Positions 37,267 to 48,100 of a DNA stretch of 64,000 nucleotides are shown piece after piece (the stretch's first letter is position 1; the number at the start of each line of letters is the position of its first letter). The translations under genes and the position numbers were made by a program. The notes under the pieces were generated by a model. The model made no database searches and was not told the origin of the DNA. It worked only from the letters and a program-made list of their open reading frames with translations. The stretch covers positions 816,472-880,471 of the forward strand of contig CAWGYD010000001.1 of NCBI GenBank assembly GCA_963826785.1, in the 5' to 3' direction. The stretch comes from an uncultured delta proteobacterium (GTDB lineage: Bacteria > Desulfobacterota > Desulfobacteria > Desulfobacterales > Desulfosalsimonadaceae).

Positions 37267-39171
37267 ATGGCAAAATTAGATGAACTGTTCAGTGCCGCGA
37301 TTAACGTGAATGCATCTGATATACATATTGTAGCGGGTGAGCCCGTCATCATAAGGCATTTGGGAAAGTTGAAAAAAACTGACTGCGCGCCGCTGTCGAT
37401 GACGAAATGCCGGGAAGTTGTTTTTGAACTGTTGTCCGAGCCGCAGAAAAAAGAGTTTGAAGAAAAATTTCAACTGGATTTTGTGTATGAGATTTCCGGT
37501 ATTGGCCGTTTCCGGGGTAGCGTTATGCAGCATCAACGCGGGATGAGTGCCGTGTTTCGCGTTATTCCGCCGAAAATTATACCCCTGGATGCCCTCGGAT
37601 TACCGGACACTATAAATGAAATTCTGGATAATCATCAGGGGATCATACTGGTCACCGGCGCAACCGGGCAAGGCAAATCTACTACACTTGCGGCAATGAT
37701 CGATTATATCAATGAAAACCGCTCACACCATATACTGACGATCGAAGATCCGATTGAATTTGTCCATCCGTTCAAAAAAGGGGTGGTCAATCAACGACAA
37801 ATTGGAACCGGCACATTACAAGTAGCGGTTTTCGGAGTTTTGGCCAAAGACCGGTTTGCCCTTCCGGTGGATGTCCGGTTGTACCTGCCTAAAAAATGGA
37901 CCGATGATCCGGAGCGCTGCGACAAGGCAGGCATCCCTGAAACAGCGCGCACATTTCGCACCAAAGAGGAGCTTGCCCTTGAAATCGTCGCCCATGCCAG
38001 AGAAAATGATCTGCATTATGCCTGGGTGGGGGCTGACGGCGGATATGGAAAAGGTCCTGGATTTTGTATCGCCCTGGATCGGATGGGTGAACGCTTTGTA
38101 GTGGATCTGCACTCGGATTTTCGAGTTTATGTGGAAAAACCGAACCCCTATCTTCCTGTAAGCCGAAAAGGTCGGAAGTTTACCCGCTATCGTGTTGATG
38201 AAAAAAGCATAGAGGTCAAAGATGCTGTTGAACGGATGGGCCTTTCCGTCCAGCCCATTCTGGAAGTGAGAAATACCACGCGTGGAATACTCAAAATGCG
38301 GGCGTTGCGCATTCCCGTTTATATTTGGGAAAATGGAGACGGCATGATTCATCGGTATTCTCTCATTGCGACACAGACGCTGGGCAAAAATCCCGAAACA
38401 AAAATATCGCTCTCCAACGCGCCGGAAACGCTTGACCTGAAAACCATTGCATGGATGCAACTTCAACGATTCTGGGTAGAGCGGGCCTTTGAAGATGCAA
38501 AAAGCGAGTGCGGCATGGCCGATTACCAAGTCCGTAAATGGAGAGCGTGGCATCATCATATGGCTCTGGTGATGATGGCAATGCTGTTTATGCTCAATGA
38601 ACGGATAAGACACAAAGACACATATCCCCTGTTATCATGTTCGGACATTGAAGAACTTACCTATGCCAATGCATTAAAAAGCGCGCTTCGTCAGGACCCC
38701 GACGTTATCATGATCGGTGAACTCAGGGACCTGGAAACAATCTCAATGGCCATAACAGCTTCGGAAACCGGACATCTTGTCATTGGAACCCTGTCAACAT
38801 CCAGTGCCCATAAAACAGTGGAGCGGATCATCGATTCGTTTCCGGCAAAGGAACAGAATCAAATCCGATCGATGGTGAGCGAAACGTTGAAAGGCATTAT
38901 TACGCAACGCCTGGTGCCGGCAGTGGATGGCAGTAAAATGGAACTGGCTCTTGAAATTTTAATTGGCACATTGCCTATGGCCAACTTAATCCGAGATGAA
39001 AAGACCTACCAGATTCCATCCATGATGCAGACCAAAAAAAAAGAAGGAATGATCCTGATGGATGAATCACTGATGATGCTGATGCAGGATGGAAAAATTA
39101 CGGCAAAAGATGCCATGGCCAATGCGAATAAACCGGATAGATTCAAAACATATCTGGACAAAACAAACTGA
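37267..39171 (+). CDS. pilT: PilT-family ATPase interrupted in frame by an IS701-transposase fragment
   Basis: [25 protein letters not shown] | 280-aa insert | [22 protein letters not shown]. Confidence 0.9.
   Translation: MAKLDELFSAAINVNASDIHIVAGEPVIIRHLGKLKKTDCAPLSMTKCREVVFELLSEPQKKEFEEKFQLDFVYEISGIGRFRGSVMQHQRGMSAVFRVIPPKIIPLDALGLPDTINEILDNHQGIILVTGATGQGKSTTLAAMIDYINENRSHHILTIEDPIEFVHPFKKGVVNQRQIGTGTLQVAVFGVLAKDRFALPVDVRLYLPKKWTDDPERCDKAGIPETARTFRTKEELALEIVAHARENDLHYAWVGADGGYGKGPGFCIALDRMGERFVVDLHSDFRVYVEKPNPYLPVSRKGRKFTRYRVDEKSIEVKDAVERMGLSVQPILEVRNTTRGILKMRALRIPVYIWENGDGMIHRYSLIATQTLGKNPETKISLSNAPETLDLKTIAWMQLQRFWVERAFEDAKSECGMADYQVRKWRAWHHHMALVMMAMLFMLNERIRHKDTYPLLSCSDIEELTYANALKSALRQDPDVIMIGELRDLETISMAITASETGHLVIGTLSTSSAHKTVERIIDSFPAKEQNQIRSMVSETLKGIITQRLVPAVDGSKMELALEILIGTLPMANLIRDEKTYQIPSMMQTKKKEGMILMDESLMMLMQDGKITAKDAMANANKPDRFKTYLDKTN
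37819..38658 (+). mobile_element. Internal 840-bp fragment of an IS701-family transposase, without IS ends
   Basis: [75 protein letters not shown]. Confidence 0.9.
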
Positions 39172-39220
39172 ACCGGTCTGACAGCAAGTTCATATCCATA
39201 TCTATAACAGGGATGAATGA

Positions 39221-40264
39221 ATGACGAAACAGCTTCATCAATATTTCACGGAAATGGAAGAGAAGGGCGCAAGCGACCTGCATATGGTGATCGGATTGCC
39301 CCCCATGATCCGGCTCAACGGTGAACTGTTACCACTGGACCATCCAGTCATTACACCGGACTCGAACAGGGAGATTCTCTATGATATCCTGCTGCCCGAG
39401 CAACAGGCCCGGCTTGAGGAAAACCTCGATTTTGACATGGCCTATGAGCTTGAAAACGTCGGGCGGTTCCGGTGTAATTTTTTCTATCAGCACCGCGGCA
39501 TCGGTGCGGTATTCAGAATAATTCCTTCAAAAATATTGACTTTGGATGAGCTTTCGCTTCCCGAGGTTCTTAAAACCATTGCTGAATATCGGAAGGGCCT
39601 TGTTTTGGTTACCGGACCCACCGGAAGCGGGAAATCAACGACGCTGGCGGCGATCATCGATTACATCAATGACAGAAGGGACGCTCACATCATTACAATA
39701 GAAGACCCGCTTGAATTTGTTCATCAAAACAAAAAATGTCTGATTACACATCGCGAAATAGGCTCTCATGCGAGAAGTTTTGGTGAGGCATTAAAAGTTG
39801 CCAGCCGGGAAAATCCGGATATTATCCTTGTGGGCGAAATGCGGGATCTTGAAACAATTGCGCTCGCTTTGACCTGTGCGGAATTGGGCATCCTGGTATT
39901 CGGAACATTGCATACGAACAGTGCGGCACGAACCATAGACCGAATCATTAATGTCTTTCCCACAGACCAACAGGCCCAGATCAGGACCATGCTGTCCGAA
40001 TCCATCCTGGCGGTCATTGCTCAGCAGCTCATCAAAACCAAAACTGGCGGAAGGTGTGCGGCCAATGAAATCCTGATCGGCTCGACGGCCCTGGCCAATA
40101 TGATCAGGGAAGGGAAAATTTCGCAGATCGGTTCGCTTTTACAAACGGGCATTTCGAAGGGAATGCAAAGCATGGACAGCCATTTGTCGAGATTGGTCAA
40201 AGAAAATAAAATAACCAAGGAATCCGCATATGAAAAAGCCATCGAAAAAACGCTTTTTTTATAA
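39221..40264 (+). CDS. pilT: Type IV pilus retraction ATPase PilT/PilU, second intact copy
   Basis: ASDLH, GPTGSGKSTT, TIEDPLE, PDIILVGEMRD, GTLHT, GMQSMD. Confidence 0.93.
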   Translation: MTKQLHQYFTEMEEKGASDLHMVIGLPPMIRLNGELLPLDHPVITPDSNREILYDILLPEQQARLEENLDFDMAYELENVGRFRCNFFYQHRGIGAVFRIIPSKILTLDELSLPEVLKTIAEYRKGLVLVTGPTGSGKSTTLAAIIDYINDRRDAHIITIEDPLEFVHQNKKCLITHREIGSHARSFGEALKVASRENPDIILVGEMRDLETIALALTCAELGILVFGTLHTNSAARTIDRIINVFPTDQQAQIRTMLSESILAVIAQQLIKTKTGGRCAANEILIGSTALANMIREGKISQIGSLLQTGISKGMQSMDSHLSRLVKENKITKESAYEKAIEKTLFL

Positions 40265-40285
40265 GGACATGTCATCTTAGGAAAA

Positions 40286-42010
40286 TTGAAAATGGAAAAT
40301 CCAGCTTTTAATGAACTAAACATTGCGGCGCAAAGGCTTTTTGGGGCGCTTGAAAGCAATGGTTTTGATGCTGCCAGTAATTTTATAGATGAACTTGAGC
40401 AGTTGAACAACTGGCGTAAAAGCCTCTTGGATTTCACCAACGATTTGGCCGTTGCCATGGGTAGTTTTCACATTAACGATACGGCCACCAACAAGAGTCA
40501 TATTCATTCTTTTGTCAAAGGGATCAGCACCATCACCGCCATTCCGACCAAGGACAGCGATAAAAGTATCGTTATCCGACACCGCGGATTGAGCCCATCG
40601 GACAAACATACGGATCAGGAGTACTTTTTAAATAATGACTATGTGATATCCGTCGGAGATTGCGTTATTGATAACCAGCAACTGGATTATCTTGTAAAAT
40701 TCGGGATCATGGATGCCAAAGAGTTGGCCGAGCAATTGAAAAAAACATTTCAGTTTTTTCACATGGCAAACATTTACATCATCACCATCCGTTATAACAA
40801 CTGGGAACTCAAGGAGCAGCAAACGGTCCATGACGCGCTGATGGCATGGGGGCAATATTTTACGGGGTATAAGAAAGGGTTTGGTATTGTTTTAGATGAA
40901 ACCGGGCGGCCGAACGCCGGCCTGACGATTCTCGCGGGATTAAATAAACTGAAACTGGAAAAATTTCAGGCGGTGGCGGACAAGGTCCAGAAACTTGTGA
41001 GCCAGGACAAATCCGGGATGAGGTTTAAAGGCGTATACAGCTTATATGATGCCATTTTCGCTATTGACGAGTTGAAATCAAAATTTAAGAAATCGCCCAT
41101 CGAGATCAACAATGACAAATATATACAGGTATGGCAAAACTGCTTTGACAAAAACGGGCGGTTTAACCGAATTAAGTTTAATCAACACCGGCGTGTTTTT
41201 CAGGACTGGAAAAACGCCTTTTATGTCTTCTGGATGGATCTAAAATCCGTGATCATCGCTGAAGACAGGGAAACCATTCTCAACTGCATCATCCGGTTTA
41301 TCGCCGACAGCAAATTGCTCAATGAATATGTGGATTATATTCTTAAAGATTTTTATTATTACCCGTTGAATCTTCAATTCTCCGACAGGGATTCATTGTT
41401 TGTCGCCAACCTGCTGTTATTTAAGAACTACGTGAACATCTCCTATGACTTCGGTCATACGCCGGGGGAAGTCCTTTTTTCCGAGGACCCGTTAAATGAG
41501 GATTTGGTGGAACGGCTGCACACTGAAATCAATGACAAATGGGCGGAAAAATTTTTACAAAAGCATGTCACTGTCAAAAAAAACTTACATCAGGCGCTTA
41601 AAGAGATTGAAGAGCAGGACAATATCATGCCCCCTCCGTTTTTGATCAATGTGATGCGGGAGCTTTACATTTTTTTAACACTTGTTTGGGGCAAGGAGTT
41701 TAAATCGATTGTTTTAGATACGGTGAAAGAATATGCCAATCCAAAATCAGATCTTTACTGTTCTGAAAACAGCCCAAAGGTCCTTTTGCCGCTTTTGCAG
41801 TTTTTTCAGATTACCATTTTATGCCTGATCAAGCTGGGTGATGAAAGTGACGTCGATTTGTTAAATTCCATCCGGTTCAGGGAGACCGATTTTTTGTCCA
41901 TGAAAGGGGTTCTTCCGTCTGAATCATCGCCTCAAAAAAAATTGATTCACAAAATAATGAGCGTGGTAGCAGAGGGGGTCGTTTCAGTTGGGAAAAAACC
42001 GGGGCCTTAA
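40286..42010 (+). CDS. Large hypothetical protein (574 aa), co-oriented with the pilT pair
   Basis: Long AT-rich ORF starting 21 bp after the second pilT; no motif recognised. Confidence 0.8.
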   Translation: MKMENPAFNELNIAAQRLFGALESNGFDAASNFIDELEQLNNWRKSLLDFTNDLAVAMGSFHINDTATNKSHIHSFVKGISTITAIPTKDSDKSIVIRHRGLSPSDKHTDQEYFLNNDYVISVGDCVIDNQQLDYLVKFGIMDAKELAEQLKKTFQFFHMANIYIITIRYNNWELKEQQTVHDALMAWGQYFTGYKKGFGIVLDETGRPNAGLTILAGLNKLKLEKFQAVADKVQKLVSQDKSGMRFKGVYSLYDAIFAIDELKSKFKKSPIEINNDKYIQVWQNCFDKNGRFNRIKFNQHRRVFQDWKNAFYVFWMDLKSVIIAEDRETILNCIIRFIADSKLLNEYVDYILKDFYYYPLNLQFSDRDSLFVANLLLFKNYVNISYDFGHTPGEVLFSEDPLNEDLVERLHTEINDKWAEKFLQKHVTVKKNLHQALKEIEEQDNIMPPPFLINVMRELYIFLTLVWGKEFKSIVLDTVKEYANPKSDLYCSENSPKVLLPLLQFFQITILCLIKLGDESDVDLLNSIRFRETDFLSMKGVLPSESSPQKKLIHKIMSVVAEGVVSVGKKPGP

Positions 42011-42154
42011 GAGCAGAAACAGTCAATGGATATGCTGTTTTCGTGCTTTGTTCAATTGAGATAGTTCAATAATCCAAACGGCTCAGCGGTATGATAAATA
42101 AATTAATTTCAAGTGTTGAATTTGCCCAGAATCATGTAAGGCGCGCGGGTTCCC

Positions 42155-42451
42155 TCAATCTCCATATAGGTCCATTTCCGGATAATATTTCTCCGCGCAA
42201 CCCGGGCAGATACCATGGCTGAATTCGGCCCGTGAGTGTTCGCTGATATATGATTCAATCTGTATCCAATTACCACTTTCAGATCTTATCATTTTACAAT
42301 GCGAACAGATGGGGAGCAGTCCCTGCAATGTTTCAATACGATCCAGGGCGGCCTGCAGTTCCGCATTCCTTTTCGTCAATTTGCGCTGAAGATTGACCAG
42401 CTCATTATTCAGGCGGGACAATTCTTCATATGTATCTTCATGTTCGGTCAT
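42155..42451 (-). CDS. Coiled coil plus Cys/His-rich signalling tail protein
   Basis: EELSRLNNELVNLQR; LLPICSHCKMIR..W..IESY..FSHGICPGC. Confidence 0.8.
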   Translation of the reverse strand: MTEHEDTYEELSRLNNELVNLQRKLTKRNAELQAALDRIETLQGLLPICSHCKMIRSESGNWIQIESYISEHSRAEFSHGICPGCAEKYYPEMDLYGD

Positions 42452-42469
42452 TCCAATGCTCTCGTGATT

Positions 42470-42889
42470 TTATATGTTCGTCATGCGCTGCTGCATGATC
42501 ATCATTCCATTCAGGTAGGGTTTGATTTCCATAAATGCCTGATCGGGAATTTTTCTCTCCAACGCATGGGAATACCGTTTTAAGTTGTCCATTACCATTT
42601 TTGCGGATACACCATAAACCGGCAGACGTGTTTTCGCCCATTCCATTTCATTTTCGAGAATACCCCCGGCCGCAAATACCATTGCAGAACGAAGCATGCG
42701 GGTCACAAATCCCAGCCCGTTTCGTATCATCGGTTCTGCGTCGGCACCCATTGTAGATTGCGGATCATCCTCGGCCATGCAAATTTTGGCCACTTCCACC
42801 TCGACCTCGGCACAAACCACATCAAAACAGGCCAGGGACGCCTCTGATACCGCCTTCGAATCTTTAAACGGACTTTCATTTTCTGACAT
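42470..42889 (-). CDS. Hypothetical helical protein, possibly globin/phycobilin-binding-like
   Basis: 139 aa, overlaps the B12 gene end; EWAKTRLPVYGVS pattern. Confidence 0.6.
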   Translation of the reverse strand: MSENESPFKDSKAVSEASLACFDVVCAEVEVEVAKICMAEDDPQSTMGADAEPMIRNGLGFVTRMLRSAMVFAAGGILENEMEWAKTRLPVYGVSAKMVMDNLKRYSHALERKIPDQAFMEIKPYLNGMMIMQQRMTNI

Positions 42890-43565
42890 TTTTTATCCCG
42901 CTCTGTATCATTTCATCTGCCAAGCGAATGGCCTGCTGAGCGTCTGTTGCCGTTCCATCCGCCCCGATTTTTTGCCACATGGAATCCACATGTAGGAACG
43001 TATATCCCCCCACAAATATGGGGATATCTCCTGTTTGGGGCGAAGCATTTACGGCATGGATCAATTTTTTTGCATCCTCCAGTCGATCGTGCATGGTGAC
43101 GCTGACGGCAAGCAAATCATATTTCGTCGATTCCAGCACACTGACAATGCTTTCACTCGGTGTATTCGCACCAATATAATCCGTGTTCCATCCTTCCATC
43201 TCAAAGAAATCCGATAACATGCGCAGGCCCAGTTCATGAAGTTCACCCTGCACACAGGCGGCAAGCAATCGTCTTCCTTTTGCAGCGCCAGTGAATATTC
43301 TGGAATAGAGCATTGACATAATGAGTTGCGTCGCATTGGTGCAATAATGCTCCTGGCCAACCGATATCTTTCCGGATTCCCAGAGCCAGCCGACCTCGTA
43401 CTGGACCGGCTGGAAAACATACAGGTAAATATCTTTGATGCTGACACCTTTCTCCACTGCCTGCAAAATCAACTCTTTTGACTGACTTGTTTCGCGCGAG
43501 AGCAAGGCTTTCAGATACTTGCGGGACAATTCGGATAACGGCATATTCGGAGTGATGAACTTCAT
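42876..43565 (-). CDS. Stand-alone cobalamin-binding protein, CarH/AerR type
   Basis: W-x9-EH (WESGKISVGQEH), ExHxxG (GELHELG), SVT, VGG. Confidence 0.88.
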   Translation of the reverse strand: MKFITPNMPLSELSRKYLKALLSRETSQSKELILQAVEKGVSIKDIYLYVFQPVQYEVGWLWESGKISVGQEHYCTNATQLIMSMLYSRIFTGAAKGRRLLAACVQGELHELGLRMLSDFFEMEGWNTDYIGANTPSESIVSVLESTKYDLLAVSVTMHDRLEDAKKLIHAVNASPQTGDIPIFVGGYTFLHVDSMWQKIGADGTATDAQQAIRLADEMIQSGIKNVRK

Positions 43566-43700
43566 ACCTTGCGCAATATCAAAGATTTCGTCGTTTACAG
43601 GAGTAAGATCAAGGTTTCAAGCGTACGGCCACCACGAATATCATAGATTTTTAAACAGAAAAAGTAATCTTTATGAATATTGTTATAGAATTGAAGAATT

Positions 43701-43761
43701 CTTGCCAGTGTTTTTAACAATCCCGCCTTTTCTGCCTCATGAATACTGGATCTGGCAATCC
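43701..43761. repeat. Diverged third copy of the core of the 48101/58978 repeat
   Basis: TTGCCAG-N43-CTGGCAATCC with shared aatcc.gccttttctgcc. Confidence 0.7.
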
Positions 43762-43977
43762 GCAACGGGCGAATTAGCTTTTAATCGTGAAAAATGGGAG
43801 ACCAGTGTTTTGAAAATTCAGGATAGCCAAATAGGAAATGTTTTAAATTCAGGAATTCAGGCTCAAATAATTAACTCATTCGATAATAAATATTTAAAAA
43901 TATAATACTTAATTGCCAACCCGAATCACAGGGACTCACGAATTTTTGACACAGATCAAATGGGAAATATCATGTTT

Positions 43978-44082
43978 TGACATGATAAAGCTAAACCTGC
44001 CGTAAGGCAGGGACGGAAAGTCACGGGTCTTTTCGTTCTCGTCTTCAAATTGCGCCCCAAGAAGATAGCCGGACTGCCGATT
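43978..44082 (+). ncRNA. c-di-GMP-I (GEMM-I) riboswitch
   Basis: gataaaGCTAAACCTGCC-GTAA-GGCAGGGACGGAAAGTCACGGGTCT...AGATAGCCGGACTGCCG. Confidence 0.9.
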
Positions 44083-44165
44083 CCCCACACCCTTTCCGAC
44101 TTGCCTTTTCCGATACGAGGAGTTGGGGTGTATGGACTCACTTCTATCTCCAGGAGGAGACGAAT

Positions 44166-44783
44166 ATGGTCAGGACAATGTCAAAGTTCGGCTATTTTCT
44201 TGTTGCAGCGGCAATACTTGGCGGACTTGCAACGTCATCTTCGGCGAAAAGCCGCGCTGCAGATAAAGCGGGCCAGCACCCGGCCGGCAACCTGACAGAG
44301 GCCACGGAGTCTATCCCCGATGAGTTTACCGGGGCGCTGATCGGTAGCCTGGAGCAACGCGGCTTTCAGGTCAGCGTGGGCTTCGCCACGGAGACCGGTA
44401 ACGCCACCTATGTGGGCTTGTCCGCCAATGACGCCGCTATCATGGGGGGAGTCCCGAACGGGACCCTATTGGATACTGAGCTCAAGGGATCCGCAGATGT
44501 TTATGCGCCCGTGGACAAACCCGACAAGTTCAGCAAGTTCTTCGTGCATTTTTTTGCCAGTGACTGTGCCGTACTCGAGGGACTATCCAGTGACTGTGAA
44601 GCCGATCCCGTATCCGGCGGATCGAAGTGCTGCACCAGGATCAGCGGCATGTCGACAATAGGAGATCCGGTTCTGCAGGGCATGATCATGATTTCGCTGC
44701 GCAACTACATCTCCCCGGAAACGCAGAGCGGGCCGGATTCCTCCAGACTTTTGACACCGAGGATCATCACATTCAAGCCATAG
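44166..44783 (+). CDS. Exported Cys-containing hypothetical protein
   Basis: AGGAGG RBS, signal peptide; first gene after the riboswitch. Confidence 0.7.
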   Translation: MVRTMSKFGYFLVAAAILGGLATSSSAKSRAADKAGQHPAGNLTEATESIPDEFTGALIGSLEQRGFQVSVGFATETGNATYVGLSANDAAIMGGVPNGTLLDTELKGSADVYAPVDKPDKFSKFFVHFFASDCAVLEGLSSDCEADPVSGGSKCCTRISGMSTIGDPVLQGMIMISLRNYISPETQSGPDSSRLLTPRIITFKP

Positions 44784-44803
44784 CGGCTGAAGAGGTCTGC
44801 AAA

Positions 44804-47800
44804 ATGGAAAGAAAACGCATCCGTAAATCCTTTTTGACCCTGGGGTTGATTTGCCTTTCGGCTCTCTTGCTCCCCACGGCAGCCTTTGCCTGGAATCAGG
44901 CCACTCATGCCTATATCGCCGACCGGCTGAATGCGCACGTCGGGCATGACAACCTGCTTGAAATGTGGGGGAGCGTCGCGCCGGATTTCTTTAATTACAT
45001 CTTCGACCCGGCGGTCTGCCCCGGCTGGGTGTCGGATCAGACCCATGGAATGGTCTCCGATACCTTTCTGAAGGTATGGAATGCCGCAGACTCAGAGAAG
45101 GAAGCCGCCCTTGCCTACGGGTTCGTCAGCCACAATGAGGCCTGGGGCGCCGATCACATCGCCCATGAATCGAGCCTGACGCTCGGGTCCGGATGAAGGG
45201 TATGTCATCACCAAGGCCAGACTGCTGTTGAACGCGCCGGTGGATCCGACCACCCCCCACCCGACCTTCGACGAAGTCTTCACCGGGAATTTCGGCATGG
45301 AACCTGACGAGGCGCTGCTGATTGCCCATGCAATCACGGAATATGCCGTCGATATCCGGCTGGGGGGCGAGGTCGATCCCTCCCTCGGCCGGAAGCTGGC
45401 AAGGGCGGCCCGCGGTGAAACCAAGCGGTTTGCCGACCTGCTCGTCGCGGCTTTTGCTGCCGATTACGCAGCCTATTGCTTCGACGGCGACACTGCGACT
45501 GCCGCCTCCGTGTTGGTCGCCGCCGAGAAAAAGCATAGAGAGGACATGATCTATCTGGGTCGGGCGATTTCCCAACCTGAGCCGGTTGCGGTTCAACTGA
45601 TGGCCGGGCAGCTCGTGGCGATACTCCCCGACTTTTTGGGCACCCCGCTCCCTGCAAATACGCAGGCGATCATGGAAGCTGGAATTTCCACCGCCATGGT
45701 CCTTTGCGACGACTATCGGCCGGAGATTGAGGCAACGATCAAATTCGTGGCTGACAACCTGCGGGATCACTGGATTGTCTATGAATATCAAGGCAAAAAG
45801 GGGCCATCCGACTCCTGCAAGGCGCTCGAGCGCTGGGTCGCGTCGGACCTCTGTTCATCGTTTGATCCGCAGGCGCTGGCGGACCAGCTCCGCTCGGAAG
45901 ACACGCAGTGGCCGGACATCCCGACATCCATCACCTCGGACGTCGCCCTTACCGATGACGACAAGGCATTCCTCAAGCTTGCCGTGGAAGCCTACGTCTG
46001 GGGCTACGCGCCGATGACCATCTACAGACTGGAGCAGCAGAAAACCAACAGCCAGGCGCCCCTGAATCATTTCTACCATCCCACGCACCTGGCCCACTGG
46101 CAGCTCCCGTCGCCGGTGTCCGCTCCCAACATGGATGTGCTCTACAGCAGCGCATTCCTCGACCTTTCGCAGGGACCATTTGTCTTCACGATACCGTCTG
46201 TGGAAGGCTACTATGTGATCCAACTCGATGATGCGTACGGCAATTCCCAGGCCTCGCTGGGCAGCCGAACCCAGCCGGGCGGAGCGGCCGAAGAGTACCT
46301 GATCGTCGGTCCGTCGGACCCGGGCTACACCGACCCCGTCAGCTACCTGGGCCAGGGGTTCGATCAGCAGCATGTGCTTCCGGTGGACACGGAACACGCC
46401 TGGCTCATCGTGAGGATCCCCGTGAATCCATATGCGGAGCCCGGCTCGCCGATATCCCTCACCCAAAGCGACAGCTACCAGGCCAATGCCGCCTTCGACC
46501 TGACGCCGCTATCGAACCCGCAACCGGTCCCGCCCATGGACCCGGCGGTGGCGAAGGAATTCGAGGCGCCGCCCTCCGACGCGATGACCTTCTTCACGTG
46601 GCTGGGAATGGCCGTGAAGAACAGTCCTCTCCCCATGCAGGCGGCCTTCAGCAACGCGGTGCTACCGCCTTACCTGATGAGTCCCAGCCCCTCGGTGAGC
46701 GATGCGCAGCAGGCGCTGCTCGACTCTTTCCAACCCCTCGGGCTTGACGCTTCAGGCTTCCACCCAGAGGTTCTCGACTGCCGTCAGCGTGCGCTGCTGG
46801 AGGCCGGTATGGTCATCGGGGACTGCATCCTCAAAGCGGGACAGAACTTCATCACCGTCGGGCCACCCGAACAGAACTACTGGCACGTCATCGGCACCTC
46901 CAATATCGGCAAGTACCCTAACACGCCGAGCGGCTGGTCGGTGCGCTCGGTCGCGGCCTACGAGGGCGGCATCGCCAGTCTGGCGCCGGACGGCACTTAC
47001 CCCACCACGACCCACGATATCAACCGCGCTCGCATCAGGGGCGGCCGCGCCTATACCATTACCTTTGATGCACACAGCCTGCCACCCGTGAGCGAGGGCG
47101 GCTTCTGGAGCCTGACAATCTACTCCGACGACAGCGCGAGCGGCGTGCAGACAAACCTTCCCGCAGTCTCCTCCGCGGCCGTCCTCAACACGGCCTACTC
47201 ACAGCCCCCTGTCGATGCCACCTCAGTGGTGGACACGACGCACTTCTACAACCCTGATTACCAGGAGGACGACACCATCTATTTCGCAGTGTCCGGGGGC
47301 GGGATCGACGCGGAGCGCCCGTATTTTGTGATCGACGTGAGGTGCGGCGTCTTCCAGCTGAGTCGCGGCCCATGGACACCCGATCACAGCGGCATGGCGG
47401 CAATCACCGTGGATCCGTCCCTTGTCGGCAAGACGCTGATGACGGGGCTCGTCATCCCCGTTCATTCCCTGGGTTCGCAGCAGCTGCCGGCCGCCCCGCC
47501 CGCGCTCCGCGGCACCCAGCTGGCATTCGAGAAGGACGGCGATGGAAACAGCCTCCTGCGCCTCTACCTTCAGAACACCCCGCCAGCACTGCGCAGCAAC
47601 TGGCTGCCCATCCCGGACGGCGGGACGTTTCAGGCCATGTTCCGCCTCTACAACCCCACACCGGCAACCGAGCAGAGCGGCGAGGCTTCCGTCCTGTCCA
47701 GTACCACCATCCCCCTGACGACGGACGACCCCGACCTGGCGAAGCAGTACCCGCAGGAGCCGGTCAACGACTCGAACCGCTACGGCACCTTCGTATTCCC

Positions 47801-47822
47801 GCCCATCATGCCGATCGATTAG
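44804..47822 (+). CDS. Exported fusion of a Zn-dependent phospholipase C/S1-P1-like domain with DUF1254/DUF1214 domains; single frameshift near 45186
   Basis: AFA|WNQATHAYIA, WGSVAPDF, GFVSH..ADHIAH; removing one G in ctcgggtcc joins it to EAYVWGY, APNMDVLYS, GFWSLTIY, NWLPIP..FRLY. Confidence 0.75.
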
Positions 47823-47848
47823 GGAGTTATGGATTTACTTATCTCGCG

Positions 47849-47960
47849 TATAAAGGGTATGATGTGGCAGCATCCTTGGCGGTCGCTGCCAGGCGCTATG
47901 GAAAGCCGTACAGAATCAGAGTGGACAATGGCCCGGAATTTATATCAAAGGAATTGGATA
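47849..47960 (+). pseudogene. IS3-family transposase (rve core) remnant
   Basis: YGKPYRIRVDNGPEFISKELD. Confidence 0.75.
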
Positions 47961-48100
47961 TGTGTGGGCCTATGCCGTACATACACCGTATCTATTTCCG
48001 GACCCCCTCCAAGTTCCATAATCTTGCTATGTGTTCTCCCTCCGTTTTTCGAGCTTTTCCGCTCATTATGAGAACCAATGCGTCGGCCCCGGTTCATCCT

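Noticed and set aside
37819..38658. Intein or self-splicing intron in pilT
   Set aside because: No N-terminal Cys/Ser and no C-terminal His-Asn, and no group I/II intron ends seen; the insert is plainly IS701-transposase sequence.
45194..45196. Second selenocysteine UGA
   Set aside because: The downstream coding sequence is in another frame; a one-base indel explains it and no Cys motif is expected here.
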